Source: Rhina ancylostomus (taxonomy: Eukaryota). Taken from it: a stretch of 64,000 nt of DNA. Shown here one piece after another: positions 37,706-50,847 of the stretch (position 1 is the stretch's first letter; every line of letters begins with the position of its first letter). The DNA lies in the NCBI GenBank assembly GCA_030265395.1, contig JARFYF010000104.1, positions 27,235,429 through 27,299,428 on the forward strand. Reading direction: 5' to 3'. A program made the position numbers and the translations under genes. The notes beneath the pieces are model-generated. The model saw nothing but the letters and a program-made list of their open reading frames with translations, made no database searches and had not been told where the DNA came from.

Positions 37706-38737
37706 GCTTTTATTGTAGCTCTAATCCCAAATATGCAAATCTAGAATATAAATATTGATATAAATTTAGCTAATAGTAGTAATAATACGCTATATTGTCA
37801 TGATAATCTTGCAGCTAAATCACTTTGTAACATTCCTTTGAAATCTGTGTCTGTACTGGATGTATGAAGGCAAGCAAGGAGTTTCATATTGAAATGGTTA
37901 TTTTTAAGGCTGCCAATATTTTGGAAAATTACAGTTGCTGTACAAAGGAAGTATCATTTACAAGTAATAATAATATGATTTAAAATGTAAACACAGATGA
38001 TTTGTAATGACAGAGATGCCAGGAGAATTCAAATGTTGCTGGTCAGGAAGTGTGATTGAACACTGCTTCTTTTCCTACCTTTCAATATTTCAGGGACAGG
38101 TACTTTATACTGTAAAATCCATAAAATATAAATCACATTTACAATAATAAATAAAGATAATATTCCATTCAGTATTTCATTTTCAGTTATTCTGTCTGAC
38201 ATGATGAATTTTTTTGATGGGGACATTTCAGATCTCTCAAAGGAGCAAACATTTTCAGCCTTTAAGCATAATGAATGTTCCTTTGATAGTGCAGGCCATT
38301 GGAAAAAGGAACTTAATCAAGCACAAGCCCAGATCAAAACACTCAAAGTCCTTTAGAAATCCCTCGCATTTGTCCTCAGCTCTTGTGTTCCTAATGTCAT
38401 GATATAATATTCTTGACATGTCCTTTGGTTGATTCAGCATCAAAAGTGTTTTCATATTCTCTTGCCAGAATGCAAAAGGCACAACACCAATTCAAATTGG
38501 CCAGTGGGGAACTTTTTTTAAAAAAAAAGTTACTGTCATTGCCTAGATGCATTCTTTGTATTGCCTTGCATAAACATACCAAGGTCCTTTTATAGCTTTT
38601 GCACCTTTTCTGTTTGTGATAAATGTTACAAGAGAGTAAGATTCTGATGCTGCTGCTTCCCAATGAGGGATAGATTCAGGCACTCTGCAGTTAAACATAA
38701 GATAAAGTAATATTATTTAGAAGAAAAAAAATCACAT

Positions 38738-40470
38738 TGAGTCATAGAATTATGCAGCACAAAAATGGGCCCTTCAGCCCAACTTGTCCATGCTGACCAA
38801 GGTTCCTTCCTGAGTTAGTTCCATTTGCCTGTATTTGGCCCACAACCCTCCATACATTTCCCATCCATGAACCGGTCCAAATGTCTTTTAAGTGTTGTAA
38901 TTATATCCACCTCTACCACTTCCCCTGGCAGCTCATTTCGTACATTCACAATAACTGTGTGAAAAATTTGCCTCTCAGGTCCCCTTTAAGTTGAGTTTTA
39001 GACTCCCCTGCCCTGGGAAAAAGACTGCGACCAGCCACCTTATCTGTGACTCTTATGATTTCATAAACCTCTTCAAGGTCACCCCTCAGTCTCCTATGCT
39101 TCAGGGAAAGCAGCCACAGCTTATCCAATCTTTCCTTGTAACTCAAGGCCTCCAGTTCCGGTCACATCCCTGTGAATATTTTCTGCACCCTCTCTAGCTT
39201 TATTGCATCCTTCCAATAGTAAGGTGACCAGAATTGCACATAATATTCCAGCTGAGGTCTCACTAACATCCTCTACAATTGTAACATGATGACTCAGTGT
39301 CCCATCTAATGAAGACAAGCATTGCGATACACCTTCTTCACCACTTTGTCTATCTGCGTTGCCAATTTCAGGGAACCATGTACTTCCCTGCCAGGGCACC
39401 AGCAATTTATTCCCTTGCTTCCCACAATGTCATAGGGTACACTTGGTCAGGTACCTGGGATTTATCCAACTCATGCCCCTCAAGGCCACCAACACCTCCT
39501 CTTTCAAAATGTTGACACGTTTCAGGGCAGCACTGTTCTGTTCCCTGAACTCCTGACCTTCCATGACCTTCTTCATGGTAAACATAAATAAGAAGTATTC
39601 AGTTATGACCTCACCCACCTCCCCTGGCCCCACACATAGATGACCACATTGATCCTTAACGGGACATATTCTCTCCCTAGTTACCCCTTTATTCTTCATT
39701 TACCTAAAATCTCTTAGAATTTTCATTTACTTTATCTGCCAAGGATATCTCATGTCCCCTTTTTGTCCTCCTGATTTCTTTAAGTGTAGTCCTACCTCCC
39801 TTGGATTCCTTAAGGGACTTGTTTGATCCCAGCTGCCTATTCCTGGCATATGCCTCTTTTTCTAGACCAGAGTCTCAATATCCCTCATCAACCAGGGTTC
39901 CCTATTCCTGCCAGCCTTGCCCTTCACTCTAACAGGAACACGTTGTCACTGAACTCTCCCAGTCTGACTTTTAAAAGCCTCCCACTTGCCAGATGTCCCT
40001 TTACCTGCTAACAGCCTCGCCCAATCAACCTTTGCAAATTCCTATCTAACGCCTTCAAAATTAGCCTCGCCCCAATTTAGGACTTTAACCAGTCTTATCT
40101 CTTTTATTTTAAAACTATTTTAAAACCAACGGCATTATGGTTACTTGTCCTAAAATGCTCCCCCACTGACACTTCAATCATTTGCCCCGCCTCATGTCCC
40201 AAGAGGAGGTCAAGTGTTGCCCCCCTCTGGTAGGGCTATTGCTTGAGAAAACCTCCTTGGACATGCTTAACAAATTCCGTCCCATTGAATCTCTTAGCAC
40301 TGTTGCAGACCCAGTTAATATTGGAGAGGTTAAAATCACCCAGTATTACAACCCAATTATTCCTAAAACTGTCTGCGATCTCCCACATTATTGCTGTTTT
40401 AACTCGCACTGACTATTGGGGGCATATAGTACAATCCCTACAAAGTGATCACCTCCTTCTTATTCCTGTG
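38738..40470 (-). mobile_element. CR1 LINE with internal deletion of the RT core
   Basis: ORF 38946..39146(-) SYKERLDKLWLLSLKHRRLRGDL; ORF 39430..39699(-) linker region; endonuclease-end motifs near 40300-40450; jump near 39390. Confidence 0.88.
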
Positions 40471-40622
40471 TTCCCACATATTGATAAATAATGCTTAAAT
40501 GGGATCCTTTGGGAAAATGAAGTACCAATGAAAGAAATGCCACATGGAGATTTTTCAAAAAAAAGTATGCAAATCCACCGCATATTTTAGTAGGGTTACA
40601 GAATAAACTAAACATTTGATAA

Positions 40623-41303
40623 ATGAAAAACTCTACGATGCTAGAGGAACTCAACAGGCCAGGCAGCATCCGTGGAGAAAAGCAGGTGGTCAACGTTTCG
40701 GGTCAGGACACTTCTTCAGGACTGAAGATAAGAAAGGGGGAAGCCCAATATATAGGAGGGGGAAGCAGAGCAGTGACAGGTGGACAAACGAGGGGAGGTG
40801 GGCTGGGCACAGGATGGTATAGGTGGATTCAGGTAAGAGATAGTGATAGGCAGGTGCAGGGGAGGAAGGGAGAGCAGATCCACTGGGGGATGGGTCAATG
40901 GTAAGGAGAGAAAAAGGAAACAAAAACGGTGTAGAAAAAAAAGAGGCTGGGACAGGGAANNNNNNNNNNNNNNNNNNNNNNNNNNNNNNNNNNNNNNNNN
41001 NNNNNNNNNNNNNNNNNNNNNNNNNNNNNNNNNNNNNNNNNNNNNNNNNNNNNNNNNNNNNNNNNNNNNNNNNNNNNNNNNNNNNNNNNNNNNNNNGTGC
41101 TGGGAATTTTCCTAGCAGTGGAGGAGGCTGAGGACTGACATATTTATAATATTGTGGGAGGGGGAGTTGAAGTGACTGGCAATGGGGAGATGCAGATTGC
41201 GGTTATAGACTGAGAGCGTGGATAAGGCAGCCTGGCCTGCTGAGTTCCTCCAGCATCATAATGTTTTCCCTCTGGATTCTAGCATCTGCAGTCCTTTGTT
41301 TCT
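40623..41303 (-). mobile_element. Penelope-like element insertion with GIY-YIG remnant, inverted terminal segment and 15-bp TSD
   Basis: Minus strand of ~41115-41195 encodes LHLPIASHFNSPSHNIINMSVLSLLHC (PLE endonuclease C-terminus); CTAAACATTTGATAA at 40608-40622 and 41304-41318; 41227-41303 is an inverted terminal copy. Confidence 0.85.
40687..40724 (-). ncRNA. Minimal type-I hammerhead ribozyme motif in the PLE terminal repeat
   Basis: Minus strand cagtc-CTGAAGA-agtgtcctgaccc-GAAA-cgtt-gacca: CUGANGA and GAAA cores, helix II with one mismatch, palindromic ACGU helix III, GUU triplet. Confidence 0.7.
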
Positions 41304-41911
41304 CTAAACATTTGATAATATCTGGGGCCTTCCATCTTGTGTTAACAAGCACTAAAAATCACTACACAAAATGGCCTTTTATTGTAGCACAAAATTCAGT
41401 TTCATTGTTCAAAATAATGAGCTAGAATTTGGAAAGAGGTCAAAGGTGGAATCATTATTACTCACAAATAATGGGGGGAAGCCAGTATAAGTCTTTGCAG
41501 TAAACATGTGCAGTAAATAGAGAGATCTGGACACTGTGGTGAGTGACTCCTTGTTACTTTACCAGGTGAATAGTGGTGACCTGCTTGGTGCATTGTCGAG
41601 TAAGCCAACCCTCTACCATCCAGTCGGAATGCAAACAAAAATCTTCTAGTATTGNNNNNNNNNNNNNNNNNNNNNNNNNNNNNNNNNNNNNNNNNNNNNN
41701 NNNNNNNNNNNNNNNNNNNNNNNNNNNNNNNNNNNNNNNNNNNNNNNNNNNNNNNNNNNNNNNNNNNNNNNNNNNNNNNNNNNNNNNNNNNNNNNNNNNN
41801 NNNNNNNNNNNNNNNNNNNNNNNNNNNNNNNNNNNNNNNNNNNNNNNNNNNNNNNNNNNNNNNNNNNNNNNNNNNNNNNNNNNNNNNNNNNNNNNNNNNN
41901 NNNNNNNNNNN

Positions 41912-43710
41912 AGGGATATAAAAGGGGGAGTTGCACTACAGATCAGAGAGAATGTCACGGTGGCACTCAGAGACAATGTCCTCAAAGGGTTGTCCATTGA
42001 AACATAATGGGTAGAGCTTAGGAATAAGAAAGGTGCCATCACAATAATGGGGTTATGCTGAAGGCCTCTCAATAGCCAGTGGAAGATAGGGGAATACATA
42101 TGTAGAGAGATTATGGAATGATATAAAAGCAGCAATGTTGTTGTAGTGGGTGACTTTAAATTCCCCAGTATTGGCTGGGAGTTTGCCAGAGGATTAGATA
42201 TGGCAAAATTTGTTTGCATCCAGGAGAGTTTTTTGACATGGTATATAGATAACACAACCAGGGAAGGGGCCATACTAGACCTTGTTGAGTAATGGGCAGA
42301 GTTTTAGTGGAAGAGCATTTTGGGAACAGTGGTCATACTCCCTAAGTTTTCAGATAGTTATGGATATAGATAAGGCTGGACCTCGGGGTAAAGTACTACA
42401 TTGGGAGAAGGCTAATTACAACAGTATTAGGCAGGAGCTGGGAGAGTAGATTGGGAGCAGCTGTTATTGGGTAAATCCACATTTGGGAGTCATTTAAAGG
42501 TCAGCTGGCCTTTAAATTTAGGACCAACATATTCCTGTGAGAAAGAAAGACAACAATGGCAAGGTATGGGAACCTTGGATGATGAGAGAAGGTGCAAATT
42601 TAGTCAAAAAGGAAAAGGAAGCATATGTAAAGTGTGAAATCAGACAGAGCCTTTGAATAATGTATAGGACGCAGGAGAGAACTTAGACTGGAAATCAGGA
42701 GGGCTAAAAGGGGCCATGAAATGTCTTTGGCGAGCAGGAATAGGGAGAATTCCAAGGCGTTTTATACATACATTAGAAACAAGAGGGTAATTAGAGAGAT
42801 GGTAGGATCACTTGAGGGCAAAGGAGGGAATTTATGCCTGAAGCCAGAGGAAATGGGTGAGGGACTAAATGAATACTTCACATTGGCAATCTCCAAGGAG
42901 GATGTGGAGCATAGCAAGATCAGGGAAGAATATGTTAATATTCTGGGGCATGTTGATATCAAGGAGGAGGGAGAATTGGGTCTCTTGAAGAATATTAAGG
43001 TGGCTAATTCCTCAGGGCCTGTTGAAATTTTTCCCAGGTTAATGAGAGGCAAGAGACAAGATTGGTGGGGTCTTGAGAGAGATCTGTGTATTCTCTTTAG
43101 CCACAGGCAAGGTCTCAGAGGACTGGAGAATACCCAATGTTGCAGCTGTAGAAAACTTTGGTCAGGGCACATCTGGAGTATTGTGTGCAGTTCTGGTCAC
43201 TGTATTACTGAAATGATGTGGAGGCTTTGGAAAGTGTGCAGAAGAGGTTCACCAGAATGTTGCCTGGATTGGAGAGTATTAACCATAGGGAAAGGTTGGA
43301 CAAACTTGGATTGTTTTCTCTGGACCGTCAGAGTCTGAGGGGTGACCTGATAGAAGTATATAAAATTATGAGAGGCATGGATAGGGTAGACAGTCAGAAT
43401 GTTTTTCCCAGAGTGGAAATTTCAAATACTAGAGGATGTATCTTTAAGGTGAGAAGGGGAATCTTTAAAGGACATTTAGGTGGCAAATTGTTTTACACAG
43501 ACAGCAGTAGGTGTCTGCACAACGCTGCCAGGGGAGGTAGGGGAAGCAGATTGATAGCAATGTTTAAGAGGTATTTAGACGGGCATCTGAACATGCAGGG
43601 AATGAAGGGATGTAGACCATGTGCAAGCAGATGGGATTAGTTTGGTTTGGCACAGCCATGATGGGCTGAAGGGCCTGTTCCTGTGCTGCGCTGTGCTGTT
43701 CTATGTTCTA
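41912..43710 (+). mobile_element. CR1 LINE (endonuclease end, linker, RT C-terminus, tail) lacking the RT core
   Basis: GGVALQIRE and VVVGDFKFP endonuclease motifs; ORFs 42721..43338 and 43218..43640; tail GTGCTGTTCTATGTTCTA ending 43710. Confidence 0.92.
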
Positions 43711-45899
43711 ATAATTATTCCAGCATTCCATGTTTTTTAAAATATGACAAATATTCATTGGCATGCTGCAATATTTATTTTGTTCTCTATAAAATATTTG
43801 AAAATCTGTCAAAAGTTAGGACTTTTATTTTCAACTTGTTCTTCAAATACATTTCTTCAACGTAATAGACTGCTCTGTCTGCTGATGACACTGTTCCTGT
43901 ATGTCTCATGCCCTGCACAGCTGATGCTCAATTACTGGGACTCCACCACACACAGGTTGTTGGGCCTGAGTGTGCTGCTTTCTCTGAGGTCTGCAGCAGG
44001 TGTTTTTGCTTCAATGCTGACAGCAAAATCTGGGCCAGTTATGTGCAATATAAAAATTGTGTCTGCAGTCAGAAAGATGGTGTGTAATTTTCAGAAACTA
44101 ATTTATAAAATAATAAACAAAACTGTTCAGATTTTGATGGAAACCCTGTTTTCTAGTGTTGCTGGGAGATGGTAATGTTAGGATTCCTATCATCATAAAC
44201 TCAGCATTATTCCCAGAGCAATGTTTGGATTGTATCTAATTTCCACTGTCATGTAGCTTGAGAGAAATGCATCGCTTAAAACAATAAGGCAAATAGTTTT
44301 TGACAAATATTCTTGCCCTCTACATGCTTCTCAAATGCATATAAATAGCAAGTGTGTGAAGCTCAAAAATGTAATTCTAATTTTGATTTTCACAAATTTA
44401 TGTTTGCCTGACATTATTATGTTACACAAAGCAATTCAGGAAAATAAAAGAGAAAGCATATTTTCAACCTCTGTCATACTGTGATGCAACGTGAATTTAA
44501 GATGACTGATTGAAAAATTTCAACTTGTAACCGTTAGTTAGGTAAACACATAAAACTCCAAACAGTCAGGAAATATCACAGGACAGGACTCCTGCATTAA
44601 TGGCTAATCTTTTTTTGCTAAGTTTTAAAGCTAAAGCAACAATCATGCATACACTTCAAGAGAAGTGATGGGGCTTGCTTTTACCTATAATGCAGATGGG
44701 TGCAGATGTGGAACATAGGATGTCTGTGCAGGGAGGACCAACGTAATCGAGCCACGCCTAAATTTGATTGCAAAGCTGTTAGTGTTTGATGTCAGCTGTT
44801 GGGAAAGGAGAGTTTAGGAGACAGGAGCAACATCAATGTTCCTGTGGTCCTTGTGTTAAATACTTTTGCCACTGTTTTCCTTGTGTTCTTGATGCAGTTG
44901 AGGCACTGTGGTGCAATGCGTACTTCACCAGCAGGAAAACTAGAACTGCATCTGAACAAACAGAACTAAACAAACTACACAGGGTGAAGTTCACTACACT
45001 TCACAGTTGAAATCTTTTTTTGATGACAATAGGAGCCCTCATGTCATATGTATCTGGAAATAGTCAGCTGAGGGATGGTACATTTCTTTAGTTTTTTTAG
45101 TCTGCTGTAAACAGGTGAAAATTATCCTCTGTAGATTAATAAATGAAATTTGGCTTCATTGTTTAGTTCTTGAAATACAGGTCCTTGCATTAAATGTTAA
45201 GACACACATGATGTGAATCCGAGCAGCTCTCATGAAGATTAAAACAAAACAGTTGATTAATCCGTGAGCTTCTGGAGCACTAAGCAACATGTTCATTACC
45301 ATATAAGAGAGTGAATATAATCTGACGAGCTGCTTTCAAACATTTCCTTCTGAATCAGATGCATTGCCAAGTCTAATTTCTTATTCATTGTGGTTACAGC
45401 TGATCTTTCTCTTCACTTGCCTCTTGCCATGAGTGAAACTCTAATCCATCTTTATCACCTTGGGAGCTGACACGAACCTTCCTCACCACTCCCTGCTCCT
45501 TCAGCCTGCACTAATTCTATACCACTCCACTCTCTTTTGCATTTCCACTCTCCCCTGTCTGCTGAGCTCCCTGTGCTCAGTGCAGTAACTTTAAGCTCTT
45601 TATCCTTGCTGTAAAGTCCTCCATGCTCCTTTTCATTTTCCACACATGACTTTCCCTGGCTCTACATGTCCGCTTTAAATAAATGTGGACCATCTTCATT
45701 CTGTGGAAGAACCTTTGCCCTTGTAATGCTGAATGCCTCTTCCTTTATGTGGTTCTTCATCCCACCCCACCCCACCATACTATCTCTGAATCATCTTATC
45801 CTGACACTCGTTTCTGATACCCACTTCTCGGTGAGATTGCCAGTTTGCTCCAGGCTGTGGGCAATTTTGAAATATGGGGAAGTGTCATTAATAAATTCA

Positions 45900-46430
45900 C
45901 ACATAGGAACACAACAATAGTAGGCCACTCAGCCCCTCAAGCCTGCCCTGTCATTCAATATGATCATAGCTGATCTATTCTGGCCTCACCTCCTCTCCTG
46001 TGCCAGATCCCCATAACCCTCGATCCCCCAACCTCTCAAAAATTTGGCTGTTTCAATTACTTATAATGACCTTGCCTCTACCACCCTCAGGAGCAGAGAA
46101 TTCTAGAGATTCACTTCCCTCGGTGAGAAGAAATTTCTACATACCTCAATTTTAAATGACTGGCCTTTTATCTTGTAACCATATTCGCTCGGTCAAGACT
46201 CTCCCACTAGCGGAAACCTCTCGACATATACCCTGTTGAGACCTCTTTGGATCTTATCTAATAAGATCACCCCTCATTCTTCTATACTCCAAAGAATCCA
46301 GACCCAAGCCATCCAGCCTCTCTGGAAAGGACAATCCTCCCAACCCAGGAATTACCCTGGTGAATCCCCTTTGGACCACCTCCAATGTTACTGTATCCTG
46401 TTTTAGGTAAGGGGAGCAGAACTGCGTATC
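45900..46430 (-). mobile_element. CR1 LINE 3' end
   Basis: ACATAGGAAC...GTAGGCCACTCAGCCCCTCAAGCCTG tail; AAGATCACCCCTCATTCTTCTATACTCC (reversed EYRRMRGDL). Confidence 0.8.
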
Positions 46431-46714
46431 TGATTAGGAAAGGAATAATCAAATCTGCTTCTCATGCAGATTAATTGCAGGCATTGTGGATTGAATTCAA
46501 ACGCAAGTTCCACAGATGAATGAACTCCACAGCTTCGATGACCTATTGTTACAAATGACTTTGCACCAGAGACAAGTTCATTTTTCTGGTGGGCACTTTA
46601 CCACTCTGTGCAATGTATCCTAAGGAAAACCTCAATCATACAGCAAATGAAATCCAGTTTGATCTGAATTTGCAAATTTGAATGGCGGTATATTCTTCCA
46701 AGCTTATATATCCT

Positions 46715-47225
46715 TTCCTGTCAGGCAGGAGATATAAAAGCTTGAAAGCACATGCCGCCATACTCAAGGATGGCTTCTATCCTGCTGCTGTCAGACTTTT
46801 GAACAGACTTCTTATATGCTATAGACGAACTCTTGATCTCCCAGTCTACCTTGTCATGGCCCTTGCACTTTATTTGTCTTTTCCCTCCTATACATTGGGC
46901 TTCCCCTTTTCCTATCTTCAGTCCTGAAGAAGAGTCCTGATGCAAAAGGTTGACTGCCTGCTTTTCTCCACGGATGCTGCCTGGCCTGCTGAGTTCCTTC
47001 AGCATCGTGGTGTTTTTCATCTAGATTCCAGCATCTGAAGTCCTTTGTTTCTCTATCTGTCTACCTGCACTGCACTTTATCTGTAACTTTAACACTTTAT
47101 TCTGCATTCTGTTTTCTTTTTACTACCTCGGTGTACTCATGCATGGAATGATCTGTCTGGATGGCACGCAAAACAAAGCTGTTCATGTATCTCAGTACAC
47201 GTGACAATAATAAACCGATAACAAT
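46715..47225 (+). mobile_element. Rex/Babar-like LINE 3' end hosting a nested PLE fragment
   Basis: ORF 46682..46927 LSGRRYKSLKAHAAILKDGFYPAAVRLLN; tail GTACACGTGACAATAATAAACC. Confidence 0.8.
46880..47053 (+). mobile_element. Penelope-like terminal fragment (same subfamily as 40623) nested in the Rex tail
   Basis: Near reverse complement of 40623-40760; flanks TATTTGTCT (46871) and TATCTGTCT (47054) as an imperfect TSD; decayed hammerhead 46919-46956. Confidence 0.8.
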
Positions 47226-47364
47226 ACTGAATTTTTGAGGTAAATTCATTTTTTGGAAAAGTCAAGTCAAACAGGAATCTAATTGCTTAAGAAGGGAGAA
47301 CATATCTCTGATATATTGTGTCTTTCATGGAAGGCAAAAAAACCCCAAATAACCTGCAATCCCA

Positions 47365-48530
47365 GAATCACAGACAGGTTACAGTACAGGCAAAGGGCAT
47401 CAAGTCCATACTTGCTATGTACAAGAGCGATCCAGCTGGTCCTGTTCCCTCACTTTTCCTCATCACCCTCCAGATTCTGTCCTTTCACATACTTCCCTGT
47501 TCTATTTTGAATGTTGCAATTCGATCTGGCTCCACCACTAATCCTGGCTGTATATACACACAGGAACCAATCACCATGTTTAAAAAAAATGCTCACGTCA
47601 CTTTTGTTTCTTTTGCCCATCATTATCATCTTATATCCCCTGGCTGTTGACTCTTCCAATAGTTTCTTTCCATCTACGCTGTCCCTATCGTTTATGATAT
47701 TAAATACCTCTATCAGATTTTCTTGCAGCCTACTTTGTTCCAGGGAGAACAACTATAGCTTAACCCCTCTGTCCACAGAACCATAGTCCCTCATCCCTGG
47801 AATCTCTTCTGTTCCCTCTCCATTGTCTTCACATCTTGCCTGGTGTGTACACAGGACTCTAGTTCCAGCAACAGCCATGTTCTATAAAGGTCCATGGGTT
47901 CTTCCTTGCCCTTGCACTTTACACTTCTGTATACAAAGCACAAGATCCTGAATGTTTTTTATCCCTTTGTCATTCTGCCCCACCACTGTCAATGAACTGT
48001 GCACATATACCCCCGATCACTCCATTCTCCTCATTTTAGAATTATGCCCTCTTGTTGATATTTCCTCTTCTCATTTTTCCTACCAAGGTGTAACACTTCA
48101 CATTACGGAGCATTAACTTTTGTTTGTCCACTTCACCAGCTGGTCTATCTCTTTGAAACCTATCATCATCCTCCTCACAGTTCGCTGTTCCTCTGAATTC
48201 TGAAGTATCTGTAGGTTTGGAAATTGTTCCTTGTACACCCAAGTCCAAATCATTGTCCTGAGGAACATCACTCCATACTTAAGACTGAAAAAAATTCTCA
48301 CTTCTGTTCTCTGCTTCCTGTCACCTAGCCAATTTTCTGTCTTTGTTGTTATTGCCTGTTTAATTTCATTGCTTCAGATTTTGATGACTGACATGTGGCA
48401 CCTTATCAAATGCCTTTTGGAAGTCCAAACATACCACATTATTTCATGTAAATACTTTAACAGATCAATTATACATAATTTTCCCTTTACGTATCAATGT
48501 TGGCTTTCTAATCAATCCACACTTGTTCTA
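47365..48530 (-). mobile_element. Old CR1 LINE
   Basis: ORF 47450..47752(-) FSLEQSRLQENLIEVFNII; ORF 48042..48248(-) DLGVQGTISKPTD. Confidence 0.75.
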
Positions 48531-48549
48531 GTGATTTCTAATTCTGTTA

Positions 48550-49312
48550 CATAGAACATAGAACGGTGCAGGATCAGGGCCTGGGGCCCACCATGTTCAT
48601 GTTGACCATGATGCCAGTCTAACTAATCCCATCTGCCTGCACATGGTCTATATCCCTCTACTCTCTGCCTGTTCATGAGTCTGTCTTATTGCCTTTTAAA
48701 TGTTGCCATCTTGTCTGCTGCCACCACCTCCCCAGCAGTGCGTTCCAGGCACCTACCACTCTCTGTGTAAAAAATGCAGCGACCAGAACATTACACAATA
48801 CCATACATGTGGCCTGACCAAAGTTTTATACTGCTGCAATATGATTTCCTGACTTTTGTACTCAATGCCCTGACCAATAAAGGCAAGCATTTTCTTTACT
48901 ACCTTATGTATTGCCACTTTCAGAGAAATATTGACTTGGATCCCAAGATCCCTCTGTACAACAATGCTCCTGAACATTCTGCCATTTACTGCATACTTTC
49001 CTCTTGTATTTGACCTCCCAAAGTGCGTCACCTCACACTTATCCAGATCAAACTCCATCTGCCATTTCTCTGCCCAAGTTTTTAAGATCTATATCCCACT
49101 GTATCCTTGAACAACCTTACTCACTATCTGTAATTCCACCAATTTCCATGTCATCTGAACACTTGCTAATCAGCCCACCAACATTTTTATCCAGGTCATA
49201 TCACAAACAACCGATGTCCCAGAACTGATCCTTCTGGGACACCATTGGTCACAGACTTCCAGTCAGAATAACACCCCTCCACCACTACCCTCTGTCTTTT
49301 ATGAACAAGCAA
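48550..49312 (-). mobile_element. CR1 LINE with internal deletion
   Basis: ORF 48753..49058(-) MEFDLDKCEVTHFGRSN...QRDLGIQV...YKTLVRPH; tail ACATAGAACATAGAAC. Confidence 0.88.
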
Positions 49313-49831
49313 TTTACTCCATTATTTCCTTCAGCAACCTAGCGACCACAGTTGAGCTTGCTACCATGGAGAAATCTCTGGGCTGTAGAGGGCTGTGCAG
49401 TCAAACACAGAGAGGGGGAGGCAGCAGCTTCCATCACCTTTAACAGGAGGTCGTTAAAGAGACTGTAGGACCCCGGCAGTCCGTCAACATGTGGAGCAGG
49501 TGCTACCAGTCCCCACTGATGGTCACACTCACCACAGCAGCCAGGGGGCAGTTCTGAGCCCCTCAGTTCAGCGCTGAGCAGCCAGACTGCTTGACCCAGT
49601 CCGCCCAACACCAATCCTCACAGACAGNNNNNNNNNNNNNNNNNNNNNNNNNNNNNNNNNNNNNNNNNNNNNNNNNNNNNNNNNNNNNNNNNNNNNNNNN
49701 NNNNNNNNNNNNNNNNNNNNNNNNNNNNNNNNNNNNNNNNNNNNNNNNNNNNNNNNNNNNNNNNNNNNNNNNNNNNNNNNNNNNNNNNNNNNNNNNNNNN
49801 NNNNNNNNNNNNNNNNNNNNNNNNNNNNNNN

Positions 49832-50010
49832 AGGGACTCACACTGGCTTCCCATCACAGCAGTAGTGAGCAGGGGCTCAATGGCTTCCCAGCACAGTAGT
49901 AGTGAGCAGGGGCTCACACCAGCTCCCCAGCACAGGAGTAGTTAGCAGGGGCTCACACTGGCTTCCATCACAGCAGTAGTGAGCCGAGGTTCACACTGGC
50001 TTCCCAGCCC
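49832..50010 (+). repeat. ~37-39 bp minisatellite, at least 4.5 copies, probably extending into the gap
   Basis: Unit GGGGCTCACACTGGCTTCCCA(T/G)CACAGCAGTAGTGAGCA. Confidence 0.9.
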
Positions 50011-50847
50011 TCCAAAGACTACACCTCGACACGTCCACGATTGTTAATGACGATTCCATTGGCACGCACATTCCTGGGAACATAACCCGAGCACTGCCAA
50101 TGTCCTACATCCATTTGAACTGGCGTTTCAGAAATACACTATTTTGACTTGTGGGGATGTATTATTTCTGACGTCACATAATCCATAACTGAATCCGTAA
50201 AATCAATTACAAAATCAATGCAGTTTGTGCTCTCCAGAATCATTTTTGCTTGTTATTTCTACACATGATGTCAGACTGGGTGTAGCTGGCTGCACCTTGC
50301 AGGTCTCTACTGAAGAAGTCAGACGACTGCTAAATGACTGAGCTGCTTCATAGATCTCCAACTGTACCTGCACCCTGCCAATGAGATGCAGGTGTGTCCA
50401 GATATTGAAGCCGGTAGAGCTTTGTTCTGGCAGAGAATGACGGGGAGGATTCTTGTTCCCTGCTATGCCCTTTAGTTTGAGCTTCACTGCTTAGTCCAAT
50501 AGTTATCTATATTTTACTTTTCTCTTTTTAAGGCTATTTGAAGAGTAAGTTTTTTTAAACATCTCTTCAGACTTTGAATTCTATTCATCATAAGCCATGA
50601 ATTTCAAATTATCTTCACATGTGTTCGGTGGGAGATGAGATGCTGTCTCAGGACTGCTGTTAACTCTACCTGTGGTGTTCCTCCAGCCACCAAGTTGCTG
50701 AACATCTGTAGTGCAAGATGCATCTTGGTTCTTGCTGATTTGAAGGGAACTTTTATATTGGGTCAGATCGTGCTCAGTTTTTCCTGTTGTCCTGTTATCA
50801 GTCCCATGATCACACTGACCTTTTGCAGCTGATCGTCTTGAGTTCTG

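Noticed and set aside
42721-43640. Functional reverse transcriptase gene
   Set aside because: Frameshifts, stops and loss of the RT core; a dead CR1 copy
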